From Podarcis gaigeae (lineage: Eukaryota), in the NCBI GenBank assembly GCA_964106915.2, contig OZ066923.1: 64,000 nucleotides of DNA; one strand, written 5' to 3'. This document shows, piece after piece, positions 51,663 through 64,000 of this stretch. Made by a program: the position numbers and the translations under genes. Under the pieces are notes generated by a model. The model did no database searches, was not told where the DNA came from, and saw nothing but the letters and a program-made list of their open reading frames with translations. Within the stretch, counting starts at the first letter, position 1. Every line of letters starts with the position of its first letter.

Positions 51663-52728
51663 TTAAGGCACCCAGTTTTATGGTACATTAATACATTACT
51701 CCTCCGGTAATATGTACTAAACACACTCCTGGAAGTTTCTGGAAGGTAGCAAATTAAAATATTAATGATATCCCAATTAAAATATTAAACTGGATGAAAC
51801 ACTAGCACTAGAAATATTTCCCCAATTTAACATGGAGTGCCAAATGTCAGAAAAAGTTGCTTATAAAGTCTTGCAGTTTCCAGAAGACGCTCCTTGCTCT
51901 CTGGACTTGGTGCATGAAAAATGAACTCCAGAGGGCACTGTTGGTCAATTTTAAAGATTGTGATGGGACAACAGGAAAATGGTAGTCTCTTAGCTAGTTA
52001 AACAAAAGTAACTGTGAAATACGAATTAATTTGTTACAGGATGCTCAGACAGCCATTTTAGTGCCCTAATAGCCTCCTGTAAGGCATAGCAGGAAATCTG
52101 GGTTTATCAAAAAAGCACCTCTGAACTTTCCAAAAGTTCCTTTTTGATCCGTCACTGGCCATCTGAAATTGTGCAGTCCAAGAAGGACTGTACCACCACA
52201 GGCACCGGGTTACCCCCAAGATTGGAGGGGCTGGCGCACATGTGACATCATACATGTGGCGGACATCAAGTGACCTCACACACATCTTCCAATGCTGTGC
52301 AGACTGGACCGGCGCGGCCTAGCGGAAAGCTGGACCGGTCCCCACAGTGTTGGAAGGCGCTGTGGGGACCAGCATGGCCTGTGTGGTGTTGGGAGACACT
52401 GAGGGGACCGCACTGGCCTGCACAGCATCTCTCAATACTGTGGGGACTGGTGTGGCCTAGCAGAAGGCTACCCATTTTTACACACACAAACAGAGATTTG
52501 CAGTTCCTTGAAGTACAAAAAATATGCATTATGAAAATCCTCCCACATTTTATTAAAATATGCTCTCTTTTTATTGGATTTTATAAACAAGAATACACTC
52601 AAGTATACCAAGTTTTCTCATGTCATTTGTATATCACAAAAATAGCATATTAAACATGGAAAAATATCTACAACATATGTTTCATTATTAGTGGTCAACG
52701 TACAGGTTCTTGGTTCATTAATTGGTTT

Positions 52729-52779
<51 letters not shown>
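52729..52779. repeat. (AAAG)n microsatellite inside the LINE 3' UTR
   Basis: Read directly from the sequence. Confidence 0.95.
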
Positions 52780-52780
<1 letters not shown>

Positions 52781-52898
52781 GGGGAAGAGGGGGAGGGAGG
52801 AATGGTGAGTGGGTTGCGGTCGGGTGGTTATGCTTCTATTCTTCTACTTGGGGGGCGCGTTGTGTCAGCGTTACTTGTATGGGTTCTCTTACTATCCA

Positions 52899-53145
52899 TA
52901 TTAAGTAGTGGGTTGACAAAGCAGACGACACAGAGATTTCTCCAAGTTGTTCTTTATAGTAAGCTGGAACTGAACTGAATTGAACAGCAAACAGCTCAGC
53001 CAGCCTGCTTTTATAGGCAGCCGGCTGTCAACAGTGTAGCAACAACAACCCAGAGTTTCCCTCCTAAAGTAATTGACGTGGACCTGAGTGAAAACTATAT
53101 ACACGATATGCCTGGTGGCCACGATCAGTACTTCAATACATAACA
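52899..53145 (-). mobile_element. Solo LTR (247 bp) nested in the L1 3' UTR
   Basis: Minus strand starts TGTTA and ends TAATA (TAACA-like). It has a TATAAAA box, a downstream TATAAA poly(A)-like signal and 5-bp flanks ATCCA/ATTCA. Confidence 0.65.
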
Positions 53146-53683
53146 ATTCACTTGTCATATTTCCTTGGTGGTGAGAGAGGTTGAGGGTGGCTTAGGGTGT
53201 GGTTGGGTCATCTTTGGTTGGTTGTAGTGAGAGTTGTTTTTGTGTGTGAGTGGAGTGTGAGTGTGTATTTTTAAATCAGGTTAGCCAGATTGATTCATAT
53301 GCTGTTGGCAGATTCTTGTTGTCTTGTTGAGCTGTGATGTGATAAAGGGGAACCAAACCGGGGTGAAGGTGTCTTCCTCTGTATGTCCCCATATCAGTTT
53401 CAGTTTATTGGTTAGTTTATCTAATAAGGCTGTTTCCCATACTATTTGATACCATTGGTCCATGCTTACTCCTGACAGGTCTCTCCAGTGTCTGGCTATG
53501 TTGTTAAATATGCTCTTTTGATACCAATATTTAAAATTTCATTTCAAACACACACCCCCCCCCCCCCGATTATCTCTATTGTTCAACTGAGATAATCGAA
53601 ACAACGGCAAAAGCATTTTGCCCATTGCGCTTTGCTATTGCAGTTCAGACAAAAAGGATGACTTCCATTTTTATAAGCATTAC

Positions 53684-53739
53684 CTCGATACATGCCAAGG
53701 AACCCCTCTGATTTAATTGTCTTCACCAAACAATCCCTC
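53684..53739 (-). CDS. SLC25A18: SLC25A18 coding exon 3
   Basis: 56 nt, (M)RDCLVKTIKSEGFLGMYR. Confidence 0.95.
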
Positions 53740-54498
53740 CTAGAATAAGAGAGGAATAGAGAAAAACAAGAGTTAGCAACATGTATTTCAAGATTGCGAC
53801 TGACTTTTGTGACTCTGACCAGTTCCCACAACTGTCTGATGTTCAGTAGGTGCTTACTTGGGGCACAGCGTTCTCAGCTATAGCACCAAAACTACGGAAC
53901 TCCTTTCCCAACTACATTTGCTCTCCCCAATCTCTGCTGGTCTTTGGGCAACAATAAAAGGTGTTGGTGTTTTTCAGAACACTTTCTGAATTTAATTTGT
54001 CATTGATATATCCCTGCTGCTAGGTTGGTTGTGACTACTGCATTTTATATTTGCAACAATTTCTAGCTACTTTTCAGAATGTAAATTAAAAAAAACCCAG
54101 AATACATATGTTTGAGTGAGTTCCAGCACCTCTTTTTCTAGAAAAATAGTACTTGTCATATCCATCCATTGCAACGGGTCTACTCTGAGAATTAGGGGTA
54201 TGGGTAGAAGAATGAGTAGAAAAGGGAGAACTTGGAAGGAGTTCAACCATTCCCAACTTCTTTCTTTGTTCGTTTGTTAGAATTATATCCCACCTTTTTC
54301 TTCTAAGAGCTCAAGTTGGCGTACATGATTATCCCCCTTCTCATTTCATCCCCACAGTAACCCTGTGAGGTAGATTAGACTGAGAGGCTGTGAGGGTTGA
54401 AAGATACATAATTCAAACCAGATTGGACTCTAATACCCAGGTTAGAGCCCCATGCCACACCACGCATATCACACTAAACAAAGCCTTACAACACATAC

Positions 54499-54621
54499 AT
54501 TCCGGCGTAGATGGCTTGTCCTTGCTGGTTCTGGAGACGGGTTTTGGCCAAATCAATGGGGAAAACACAAGTCACTCCCACAAGTCCTGCTATACCTCCG
54601 TTGATTAACTTAGCCGGAAGG
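54499..54621 (-). CDS. SLC25A18: SLC25A18 coding exon 2
   Basis: 123 nt, [40 protein letters not shown], containing the PxDxxKxR signature. Confidence 0.96.
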
Positions 54622-55314
54622 CTGTAAAGTATAAGATAAGTTACAATGATATTCCTTGGTACAGGGATTCAAGCAGGTTGTTGTTGTTGTTATTAGTCAC
54701 CACCACACTTATACCCACCCTTTTCTCCAAGGAGCACAAGGCAGCAAACATACATGCATGCCCTGATAGCTTTCCGCCACAGTTATACAGCTCTTGGTCC
54801 AAAACATTTCCCCACCCCCTGCTTTAAAGCAATTCTATGAGCTGTGATAGGAGCCTCTGTGACCTTCACCTTTGTTATCTTCTCTTGTGCTCATCCTGGC
54901 ACTCACATTCAGTTGCAATGCACATAGGGGCTTTTTTTTTTTAAGAACTTTGCTGGATCTAGTTCATCTACTGCAAGATGAACAGCAACTGAGTTGATGT
55001 GTGCAGGAAGTCAATAAAGAAGGCATGAAGACAACAGTCTATCCATACAGCTTCACACACACACCCTCTAGTCACTAGTTTTTGGAAGCAAACTTCTTCT
55101 GAACACGAAGGCTCCATTTAGCTCCAAGCCATTCATAGACATAGCATTAATTTTTCTAAGCCTCTTTGAAAAGCCCCTAAACTAACACATATCACTGCAT
55201 CCTATGGCAGCAGATTCTTTAAGCAAATTATGCCTTATGCCTTGTGTGAAGAAGTGTTTTTCCTATCTGTCTTGAATCAGCTTCCCTTCAACTTTCGCTA
55301 GGTCACTTTAAGTA

Positions 55315-55556
55315 CAGTAGTACCTTGGGTTATAGACGCTTCAGGTTACAGACGCTTTAGGTTACAGACTCCGCTAACCCAGAAACAGTACCTCGGGTTA
55401 AGAACTTTGCTTCGGGATGAGAACAGAAATTGTGCAGCGGCGGTGCAGTGGCAGCGGGAGGCCCCATTAGTTAAAGTGGTGCTTCAGGTTAAGAACAGTT
55501 TCAGGTTAAGAGCAGACCTCCAGAACGAATTAAGTTCTTAACCCAAGGTACCACTG
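55315..55556. mobile_element. Tc1/mariner MITE, family A copy 3
   Basis: TA|CAGTAGTACCTTGGGTTA...TAACCCAAGGTACCACTG|TA. Confidence 0.9.
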
Positions 55557-55659
55557 TACTAGTAATGTGGACTAGTAGAGTCACTGTTTCTGCACCATGA
55601 TTTCTGTTCATGCCCATAATCACAAGGAAACATTTTTCTCAGGACCAGAAGCATCAGGG

Positions 55660-55691
55660 CATCAAAATCATGCATAACGTAGAGAAAGTTT

Positions 55692-55758
<67 letters not shown>

Positions 55759-56140
55759 ATCTCCTTATCTCATAATACACTAGAACCCATGATCATCCAA
55801 TGAAGCTGAACAGTAGAATATTCAGGGAACACAAGAGGAAGGGCTTCCTCACACAGCAGCATAAATAACTCTGTAATTTACTATCACAATATAAGATGAT
55901 GGCTACCAACTCAGACAACTTTAGAGGAGGATTAGACAACTGCAGGGAGGACAAGGTCACCAATGGCTACTATTCACAATGACTGTATACAGCCTCCAGG
56001 ATCTACCAGTCACGGGGAAACAACAGTAGGGGAGGGCTATTGTCCTGATGTCCTGCCTATGGGCTTCCCATTGGCATCTAGCTGGCTAGTGTAAGCTAAA
56101 TTGGTCTTTGATCTGATTCAGCAGGGCTCTTCTTATGTTC
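55660..56140 (+). mobile_element. Old CR1 3' fragment interrupted by a (TTTC)n expansion (55690-55758)
   Basis: CR1-like CTCATAATAC..AGAACCC..CATCCAATGAAGCTGA and tail CTTCTTATGTTC. Confidence 0.65.
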
Positions 56141-56435
56141 CTAGTCAACACTGAAAGCACCAGGCTCACAGGGTAGATGGCATCCACAAGCAGCAAGCTT
56201 AGAGATGGCTCTGGGCTATTTTACAACTTGAACAACACTGAGCGAGGTTATTCAGCCTTTCAGGCAGAATTAAAACTAGCAAAAAATGTCTGAAAAATAG
56301 AGGACATTAACTATCCTCTGCTCCATCCTGTTGCCTGTCCGCCAGTTCCCACAGATAAGTTAAGCATCATTTATATCACTGGAGCATAGAATTCCCCACT
56401 TTCAAAAGGCAAGGAGCAAAAAGGAGAGGGCTGAC

Positions 56436-56458
56436 CTAATCTTCTTCTTGTCCCTCAT
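56436..56458 (-). CDS. SLC25A18: SLC25A18 first coding exon (coding part)
   Basis: acaATGAGGGACAAGAAGAAGATTAG|gtcagc = MRDKKKI(S). Phase 2 joins the next exon, and the sequence resembles the glutamate carrier N-terminus MADKQIS. Confidence 0.8.
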
Positions 56459-57961
56459 TGTTCCTTGGGGATGTTGTTTCTTGGTAGCAGCAGCAGCTGC
56501 TTGTGCTGCTGACACAGGAAAATTCTTTCAAATATGGAGGCACATTCCTCTTTGTCTTTGTTCTGCTGGGGAAGAGAACACCATTAGTGCTTCTTGACAT
56601 GCTGCTTACCAGGGGTATATTACAGGTAACAAATGACAGTGTCAGTTCTAAAACATAGAGGCAGTTTATCACTTAATCAGCTCCTGGAGAATAGTGAAGT
56701 CAGATGAATAGCTTCCCAGAGGCCACCAAACACAAAAGAGGGGTTTTTTTATCTCAAATGCAACCCAACATGGGCACTTTTAAGCCACTATTTTGTAAAA
56801 GAAGTGCCAAGGAAACGCCTACCATTCTGGACCCAGAGAGGCCAAAGAATCTCCAGAGGAGGAGAAAAGGGGATGTGGGCACATGCCTCGCCAAGGGGGA
56901 TGAGACAAGGGTTAGAGAACATTAACCAGACATTGCCCCCTGAAGTCTATAATACTGATCACAGAATTTGGTGTGGAAATGATGACTAAAATCACTAGGA
57001 TATGCATAGAACTGTGACATAATTCTATTAATCTCTGAAGTGGGAAATTAGTGGGTACTGAAGGTACCAAAAAGTGAGGTTCTGGAGTTCCATGAAAGAT
57101 TGCCCAGAAGTGTGCTGTGAGTGGGGAGTTGGCTTGGATGGACAAATAGGAACTACTGCAGATTATTTGTTAAGTATCTCATTCTTTGAGATCAGCAATA
57201 AAGAGATCAATGTTGCATCTCTGTGAAATTTAGAAGACTAGCTGCTGAATCTAGGTCTTTTTCTGGCAGTGAGATGAGAGTAGGATAATCTTGTTGGTTT
57301 TACTTCACCTGAAGGCGGCAGCAAAAGACTTCTGTAATCCTGGAGGATGACGACAACAGGGAAGCATGAAAGGCATGACTTGTTCAAACAATTTCCATGC
57401 TTTTGAAGGGGTTGGGAGTGTCTTGATGTTGCCTTAGCGGCCATCATTGAACAAAAGACTGTGTGTATTCATGGTCATCCTTATGCTGTTTGTGTGTTAT
57501 ATAACTTACTTGCCCAGCCATGCCAAAAGAAGTCAAGCAACAATTTTTCAAGGCCAATGAGTCACACACAAACAATTAGTCATATACAACCAGCTAGAAT
57601 TATTTAATAATATTGTTGCTACAAAATATCTTTCTGGTTCAGCTTATTACCAAAATACTACTAGTGACCTAGTCATCATTTACATGCATGCACTAAATTT
57701 ATTTTCTCACATTTATCCCATACTGTATTTCTTCCAAGGTGGTGCACATTTGGTTTTCAGGCTGACACCCATCCACTTACTTACTCTCAGCAAGGTAGTG
57801 ACCTCATGTGCCTTCAGACCTAACCTTGGGGCATATTTGCATGAGTTATACCACAAGTGCCAAAAGCAGCCTCTGAAATGTGGTAGCAGTTTGCACAGAT
57901 AGTGTCATTCCAGCATTCCACTCTAGAACAGGGGCTAACAACTCTCATATAAGCTAGCTAG

Positions 57962-58207
57962 GGTAAAGGTAAAGGGACCCCTGACCGTTAGGTCCAGTCA
58001 CAGACGACTCTGGGGTTGCGGCGCTCATCTCGCTTTACTGGCCAAGGGAGCTGGTGTACAGCTTCTGGGTCATGTGGCCAGTATGGCTAAGCCGCCTCTG
58101 GCGAACCAGAGCAGCACATGGAAACACTGTTTACCTTCCCGCTGGAGCGATACCTATTTATCTACTTGCAGTTTGTGTTTTCGAACTGCTAGGTTGGCAG
58201 GAGCAGG
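57962..58207 (-). mobile_element. Sauria SINE, 5'-truncated
   Basis: GGTAAAGGTAAAGGGACCCCTGACC...TTTACCTTCCCGC...TTCGAACTGCTAGGTTGGCAGG. Confidence 0.9.
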
Positions 58208-58340
58208 GTAGAATATCATTTTTAAAGGAAAAGAAAAAGAAGAAACATATAGACCTTCCCTTCTTGCTGCTCTGATGTGCATTTAATGAAAGGAACAGTT
58301 GTAACCACAGGAACAATGGAAGGTGTGGCATAGGATAATC

Positions 58341-58484
58341 TTAGAATCATAGAATTGTAAAGTTGATAGTGACCCTAAGCATCATCTAGTATCCAACCCC
58401 CTGCAATGCAGGAATATGTAGCTGTCCCATTTGAACCTGCAACCTTGGTGTTATCAGCACTGTGCTCTAACCAACTAAGCTATC
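58341..58484 (-). mobile_element. SINE with tRNA-Ile-like head and CR1 3' tail
   Basis: Minus strand: TAGCTTAGTTGGTTAGAGCACAGTGCTGATAACACCAAGGTTGCAGGTTCAA...CCTGCATTGCAGGGGGTTGGA...CAATTCTATGATTCTA. Confidence 0.75.
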
Positions 58485-58785
58485 AGGAAGCTCACAAACA
58501 ACACTACACATTTGAACCTTTGTCTCTAAATTACTGTGTGTGAGGCATGTAGGTCCCTGACAGTATAGGAACATCTTTGTAAGAAATAGCTAAACAGAAC
58601 AAAATTATTTCTGTCCTTCATCTATAACTATTAGGAATCTGAAAAAAGTTCCTCCTCAAAGTTAGGACTTCATAAAGAAAAGCATGCATTGTAGATTGTC
58701 TCTGAAATATGAAGTTTTAGAATATATCCCTGTGAGTGAAACACATGCAAATTCAGAAGTCAGGAAAGATGGGAAGCTAGCTTAC

Positions 58786-58900
58786 CGTCCTTATTTGCAA
58801 GCAGCCGGTTCCCTCCCTTCCTTCCTTCTCTCAGTTTTTAGCCTCTGACTCACATCTGGATTCCTCCAACAAGCAAACCCTATCCAGTGTTTAAGGGGTG
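58786..58900 (-). other. SLC25A18: Candidate non-coding 5' exon of SLC25A18 (5' limit unknown)
   Basis: Strong donor ACG|GTAAGC in unique sequence 2.3 kb upstream of the ATG; inference only. Confidence 0.35.
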
Positions 58901-61900
58901 GTTCACAAATTCCCAGTGATTTTGTGTAAATACACTGTAAGTGGGAGACGAAAAAACACACACATCTCTGTGCCAGTTACTCATCAAGCCTCTCCTTTTT
59001 TGGGCCTGGCAAAGGAAGTGCCCTAAGCCCTACCCAGGAGAACAAGCACACCTTTAAAATGTGCTTTTAACCTTAAAACCGGTTTTTAGACAAACACAGT
59101 TTGCATTTCAGCCTGCTTAGGCAAGTGCTGTTTCCACCAGTGCCAGCTGTAATTTCACTGGTTGTTAACAGCAACACTTTCTTTGCTATTAACTGGGGAA
59201 GTGAGGTATAATGGCAATGCAGTGTTGCTGCTGACCCCTGACCTCAGTCAGTTAAAGTGTAACCTCAACTATGAACTCACTATATGGCCATAGGACAAGA
59301 TAGCGTTTCCCAAAGCTCTGTTCTCCATTTTCATTGTAAGAATGACAACCCTGTGTCCTACGCTTCAGGAGGTTTACTAAAACAACGTACAGTACAGTAC
59401 AAGAAGTTTAATTCCTGCCAGGGACAGCATCGCCCGCTGCTGTGGTGGCAGTGATGGCTGCAGCGCACTCCTTGGAGGCCGGATTGGCTGCCTTCCTGGC
59501 AGCCCCCCACGCCACCTCCACAATGGCCTCTTGGGAAAGAGGAGGCACTGCTGGTCTCCTCACACCCCTAGGGAAGAAATGGCAGCAGCTGCCCTCTGGG
59601 GTTTACTGGGCTCTGCACCCCCCCACTCCACCCCATGGTGCCTGATTCCTACTTAAACCATCAGGCAAGGTTAATTTGATTCCCACCCACCCCTTGTTCT
59701 CAATGTAGATCCTCACTCACCCCTTCTTCCCCAACCAAGAGTGGTGGTGCCATTTTGTGATTCGCCTCAGGTGCCAAAATGTCTTCGACCGGCCCAGATT
59801 CCTGCAGCAAGTTTTTCTTTGTGTGGAATAGCTAGGCCAAAATGCATTGAGCTTCAGGGATCCCACTTATCCAAGGGTGTATTCTTAACAACCAAAAAAT
59901 ACACAAGTTCTATAAGGATAACCATGTTTGTTTTTACAGACTAAATACTAGCAAATTTACTGTCATGAAAGCTCGTGTGGTAAAGCATTTAGTCACAGGA
60001 TTCTTTGTGGTTTAGCTGTCCTATTAATACTTAAGGGTATATATGAGATATTTTAACTATTTCCTTCCTCCTTTTACGTAGATTCAGGGCCAAACTAGGC
60101 CAGAAATTAAATACTTTGAACCACTATCTACACTGGGAGGAAATTCCCTACTGCTGCCAATAGGGGATTTCCTACAAACCCAAATACTGGTTAAATCCCC
60201 CTCCACACCTGTTGTGTAGAAATTTTGTTTTCGTTTTTCCCTCTGTGTAAATTTTTTGCAATACGTGAGTCTCTAGTGTTGAATGTCAACATGCCACATT
60301 GGGATTTAAGTGGAAAATAATAATTAAAGCAAGCATCATGTCCCTTAAAATCCAAGACATTTCAGTCAAATTCCTAGGCAAACACGGGAGATTTGCTCCC
60401 TTTTCTTTTGCTGACACCCCACCACCCCACCCCCACTTCTGAAACACACTTTTCAGACACATTTCATTTCAGTTCATTCCTTCAGGAAACTCTAGACCAT
60501 CAATCCTGATGTTACCACAGGGAAATGTGTTTCTTGTGCAGTTTATGTCTCTGAGACATTTGCTCGAGGGCCAGTGGTGTGTAGAGAAACAAAATATGCA
60601 TTAATTTCTTCAATGATTTTACCTGGGGCAAAATGGACACTAATATGTTGCCTTCTGCTGTTCTAAGTTTTGTTCTTACTTCTGCACTGGTAGAGAAACA
60701 AAAAAAGAAAGCAATACCTACCTCAGCAAGCTGGTGCTTTATGTTCAGTCATGTCCCAGTACATTCTGTTAGCCATCAGCCTTGCAAGACTCCAGATTAT
60801 TTCTGGAATCCATTAATGTCTGTTGTTGCCAAACTTCTTAGATATCAGCAAAGTAGGGGCCCTTCAGGCATAAATGACCTTTAGGCAACATAATCTGTTC
60901 CCTGCCTCAGTAGTAACTGCGGCAACTGAGATATGTAGAGGACAGGCAGCGGCCATGGCTATGAGGCTCTCCAGCAGTCTGTAGACCGGGGGTGGGGGTG
61001 GGGCCTGTTGGTCGGTGCAGATCCCTCCCTTTACCAAATGGGCAAATAGGAATGTTCCACTTATGTCTATCTGCACAGTGCTCGGACCCCAGTGCCACCC
61101 CTTGCTTTCAATAGTGGGCCTGAAATTGCAGGGTCAAAGAAGCTGTAATTGTGGAACAGCCTAGCTTGTACCTTACATTCTTTACCATGTAATTGTAGAG
61201 TTGGAAGGTACACTGGGGGTCAACCAGTCCAAGCCCTGGCAATGCAGCAGTATGTTATGGTTAGGTTGGTAGGAAGTGTGTGTGAAACCAAGACTCTTCT
61301 CTGCTGTCACTGAATTACTTTTTATTATATACGGGCAATATGTGACTAGGCCTTGAGCAATGCAGGTACAGCTCAGCTAAGTTCTCTTAATGTGATCCTG
61401 CAAAGGATTGAGTATGAAGCTTGAAACATTCCAAGCAAAAACTGCCTTCCTGATATTTTGCCTTTTCTGACCATGTAAATTGTGTTGTCAGTGCTTGATC
61501 CCACCGGCACATCCCCATGGATATTGAAGGAGGAATTACTATGTTTCAGTTTCAGGCAACTTATGAAATGTTCCCATCTCAGTTTTAGCATTAGGCACGG
61601 AAAGCTAAACCCTGATATTTAAATTAATTTAGGTCAATGAACAACTATTATTTTCTCCACAAATTGTTAAGATTTCAAGTGCATAGGGCAAGGGAATCCC
61701 CAGGCTTCCACTTGTGAATCCGCCAAAGTTCCTAGTCTCTCAAGTACACATACACCTTCTCACCAATGGTTAGTCTGAGGTCTGTTCAGGGGCTGATGAT
61801 GCTGAATCAAAGATGAGTGATGCTTGTTGGTGTAGCCTGAAAGCATCAGCAGCTGCCTTAATCACTCCTTTAACAGATCTGAAAGAGTGACCCCTTTGTA

Positions 61901-63506
61901 GAGGAGGGGCAACTCATTTTCGGCTACCTGGCTGTCAGAACCAGTGCCTGATTTAAGCACATGGCGAAACCTTCTGTTATCACACAACCTGGAAAGCAGA
62001 TTTTGTATAAAAAACTTTAAAGGCGTTCTTTATTGAATGCGCAGATACAGGGAAAGGCCAGATGTTGTCACGAGATCAATTTCCAGGCAGGGAGCAATTG
62101 GAACAGCAAAGTCTGAATGAGGATGTCTATGAAATCTCTGGAAGCTCTTACTGCCCACATATGGAGAAATTCCAAAAAGGAGCCTGTATTAATATCTTCA
62201 AGTGGGACTGCTGCACTGGAGACACAGCAGGTCATTTGGAAAGGCTTCAGCTGCAAAATCTCACTTCTGGAAAATGACCCTGCTTGTTTCCCATGCCTTG
62301 AAGCCTGACATCAACTAAATAAAAGCACTGACAAAAAGAGTTATGAACTTTTTACAATCCCTAAGCACCCATAACTTGTTATGGAAAACAAAATGTTGGC
62401 AGAGAACCTGTGGTTGCTGGCTGGGCTGGTGAAGGGGGAGCAGAGGTTACTCCACCCAACAGGAAAGGAGGCACTTCTGCAGGCAACTATGTGCAAAACC
62501 AGAAATTACATTACAATCTTCTGCCACCCTCAACATTGGTTCATGTATTCTTAAAGAATGGTGCTGAGACTCCCCTGACCTTGAAGTCTCTCTCCCCCCC
62601 AAATTTTAGACAGAAGGATGTTAGTTACCCTTTTTTCAGTGGTGAGAAAAGTCTGTTCTACTCATTTTCAACGGCTTTTATATATCCATTGCATACTTTT
62701 AGTATGCCGTATGCTTACTGATTCGTACATTAAATGACATTATTGACCTCAGCCATGCCTATTTTTTATTGAAAAACCCATTTTGCTTTCTCTTACCCCT
62801 GCAAACTAGAATTAATCTAAAAACCTAAAAGCTGTCATTATTTATTTCATGGTGGAGGGGGGAGGTGAGACTAGTGACATGTCTGCATTGCATCACAGCT
62901 GAAATGTGAGATCCTATGTGCTGAAGCATAGATCTTGATGCAGCACTTGCTTGAAGGACACCAAATCTGACAAAAGAACATATACACAGTCATCCTAGAT
63001 TTTATTGTTCTGAATTCCCCCGTGTGGCTCAGTTGGCTCAGTTGCTTGGCCCAGTTGCTTTAGTCACCTGGAGCTATGTTTTGCACATTCCTTGTTCATA
63101 GTTCCTTTCTGGTTGTGGCAAACTATGATACAGATTATGTGGATCCATCTGCAACATGACTGATAAGTGGCAACTAATGGAGTTGGCATTTTGGTCTCTT
63201 CTAGCTTAATTACTCATCAGTCTTTTTCAAAAGCATTTGTACAGGAAATTTGCTTCAGGTGGCAATATAGTGATTTTTTTTTACCCAATGCAGAGAACAA
63301 TCGTAGTTGCTAACTTATATTCTTGTGTTGAATTAAGGATCCTACACAGGAGACCAGAAGTGTAGTTCTACTCCACTCCATAATTATTATCACTAGACCT
63401 TCTAAATATCACAGAACAGAGAGTGGTAATCTATCTATGAGTGTTTCAACAGGACTTTATCACTCAACTATCACCACTGATCAAATATGAATCCTTCAGG
63501 ATGAAA

Positions 63507-63674
63507 GACCTATAGCTCAGTGGTAGAGATTACAGCTTTGTATGTAAAAGAATATTAGGGAGCAGGTGAAGTAAAAATCCCTGTCTGAGACCTTGGACAG
63601 CTGTTGCCAGTCATATCAGCAGCATTGGGATATGTGGATGAATGGTCTAACTCAGTATGACGCAGCTTCCATGA
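63507..63674 (+). mobile_element. Squam3-like SINE
   Basis: TAGCTCAGTGGTAGAG head; CCCTGTCTGAGACCTTGGACAGCTGTTGCCAGTC...GGTCTAACTCAGTATGACGCAGCTTCC. Confidence 0.65.
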
Positions 63675-63714
63675 GCAATTTGAGGTGAAGAAATACACAC
63701 AGACCAAGACCAGC

Positions 63715-64000
63715 TACTATTTTAAGAACATACTTTATACAAAATAACAAATTCTTATGGAAATAAAATCTACAGATCTCCAAGGATCAAGCTTATTTTT
63801 TTAAAAAAGGATCCTTAAAAAAATTACCCAAACACAGAAAATTAAACTAACTATTGAGGTAACTGTCGCTCTCAGGAAATCAGTAGACCAAGACGAAATA
63901 TACACAATATAAAAATAAATAGCATTCCCCTTTCCAGTATTGACCAGGAGAGTTCAAACCCAGCTCTTTGCAGCAGCAAAAGAGTAGAGGAAAAGATCCC
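63715..64000 (-). other. Possible 3' UTR end of the next gene (CECR2 by synteny)
   Basis: U-rich UTR-like minus-strand sequence with TATAAA (63739-63734) and a GU-rich downstream element. CECR2 precedes SLC25A18 on the same strand in mammals. Confidence 0.35.

Larger units (their letters stand above)
52567..53505 (-). mobile_element. 5'-truncated L1-clade LINE with 11-bp TSD
   Basis: Minus ORF NNIARHWRDLSGVSMDQWYQIVWETALLDKLT...FTPVWFPFI resembles the L1/Tx1 ORF2 C-terminus. The element ends in AATAAAAA and is flanked by AAATATGCTCT at 52556-52566 and 53506-53516. Confidence 0.8.

Noticed and set aside
52058-52480. GC-rich ORFs in an SLC25A18 intron as a nested gene
   Set aside because: Internally repetitive (GTGGGGAC..TGGCCT) sequence typical of a degenerate non-autonomous DNA element, with no protein similarity that I recognise.
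58425-58484. tRNA-Ile(GAT) gene
   Set aside because: It is truncated after the T-loop and joined to a CR1 tail, so it is a SINE.
59410-59800. GC-rich patch as the SLC25A18 CpG-island promoter
   Set aside because: It is CpG-poor and ends in a hAT-like terminus (CAAAATGTCTTCGACCGGCCCAG), so it is more likely an old transposon remnant.

Overview
AT-rich eukaryotic genomic DNA from a squamate reptile. Sauria-type SINEs with (ACCTTT)n tails, Squam3-like SINEs and CR1/L2/L1/Penelope remnants suggest a lacertid lizard. The window holds the vertebrate syntenic block BCL2L13 - ATP6V1E1 - SLC25A18. BCL2L13 (minus) has a candidate non-coding exon 1 and coding exons 2-6 here; its large last exon lies left of the window. 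ATP6V1E1 (plus) is complete, with 9 exons and 226 aa. SLC25A18 (minus) is complete, with 9 coding exons and 325 aa. The extreme right end may be the 3' UTR end of CECR2. All coding exon boundaries were rebuilt by hand (GT-AG, consistent phases). Almost all entries of the supplied ORF track are spurious. I found no convincing wholly new biological system. The most interesting signals are: (1) an inverted pair of Penelope-derived, degenerate hammerhead-ribozyme motifs in BCL2L13 intron 1; (2) face-to-face poly(A) signals that could make the ATP6V1E1 and SLC25A18 3' ends overlap; (3) a solo LTR nested in an L1 fragment, both with TSDs and both sense to SLC25A18; (4) CLEAR/M-box motifs near both divergent promoters of a mitophagy receptor and a V-ATPase subunit; (5) a uORF/Z-DNA-rich BCL2L13 leader.
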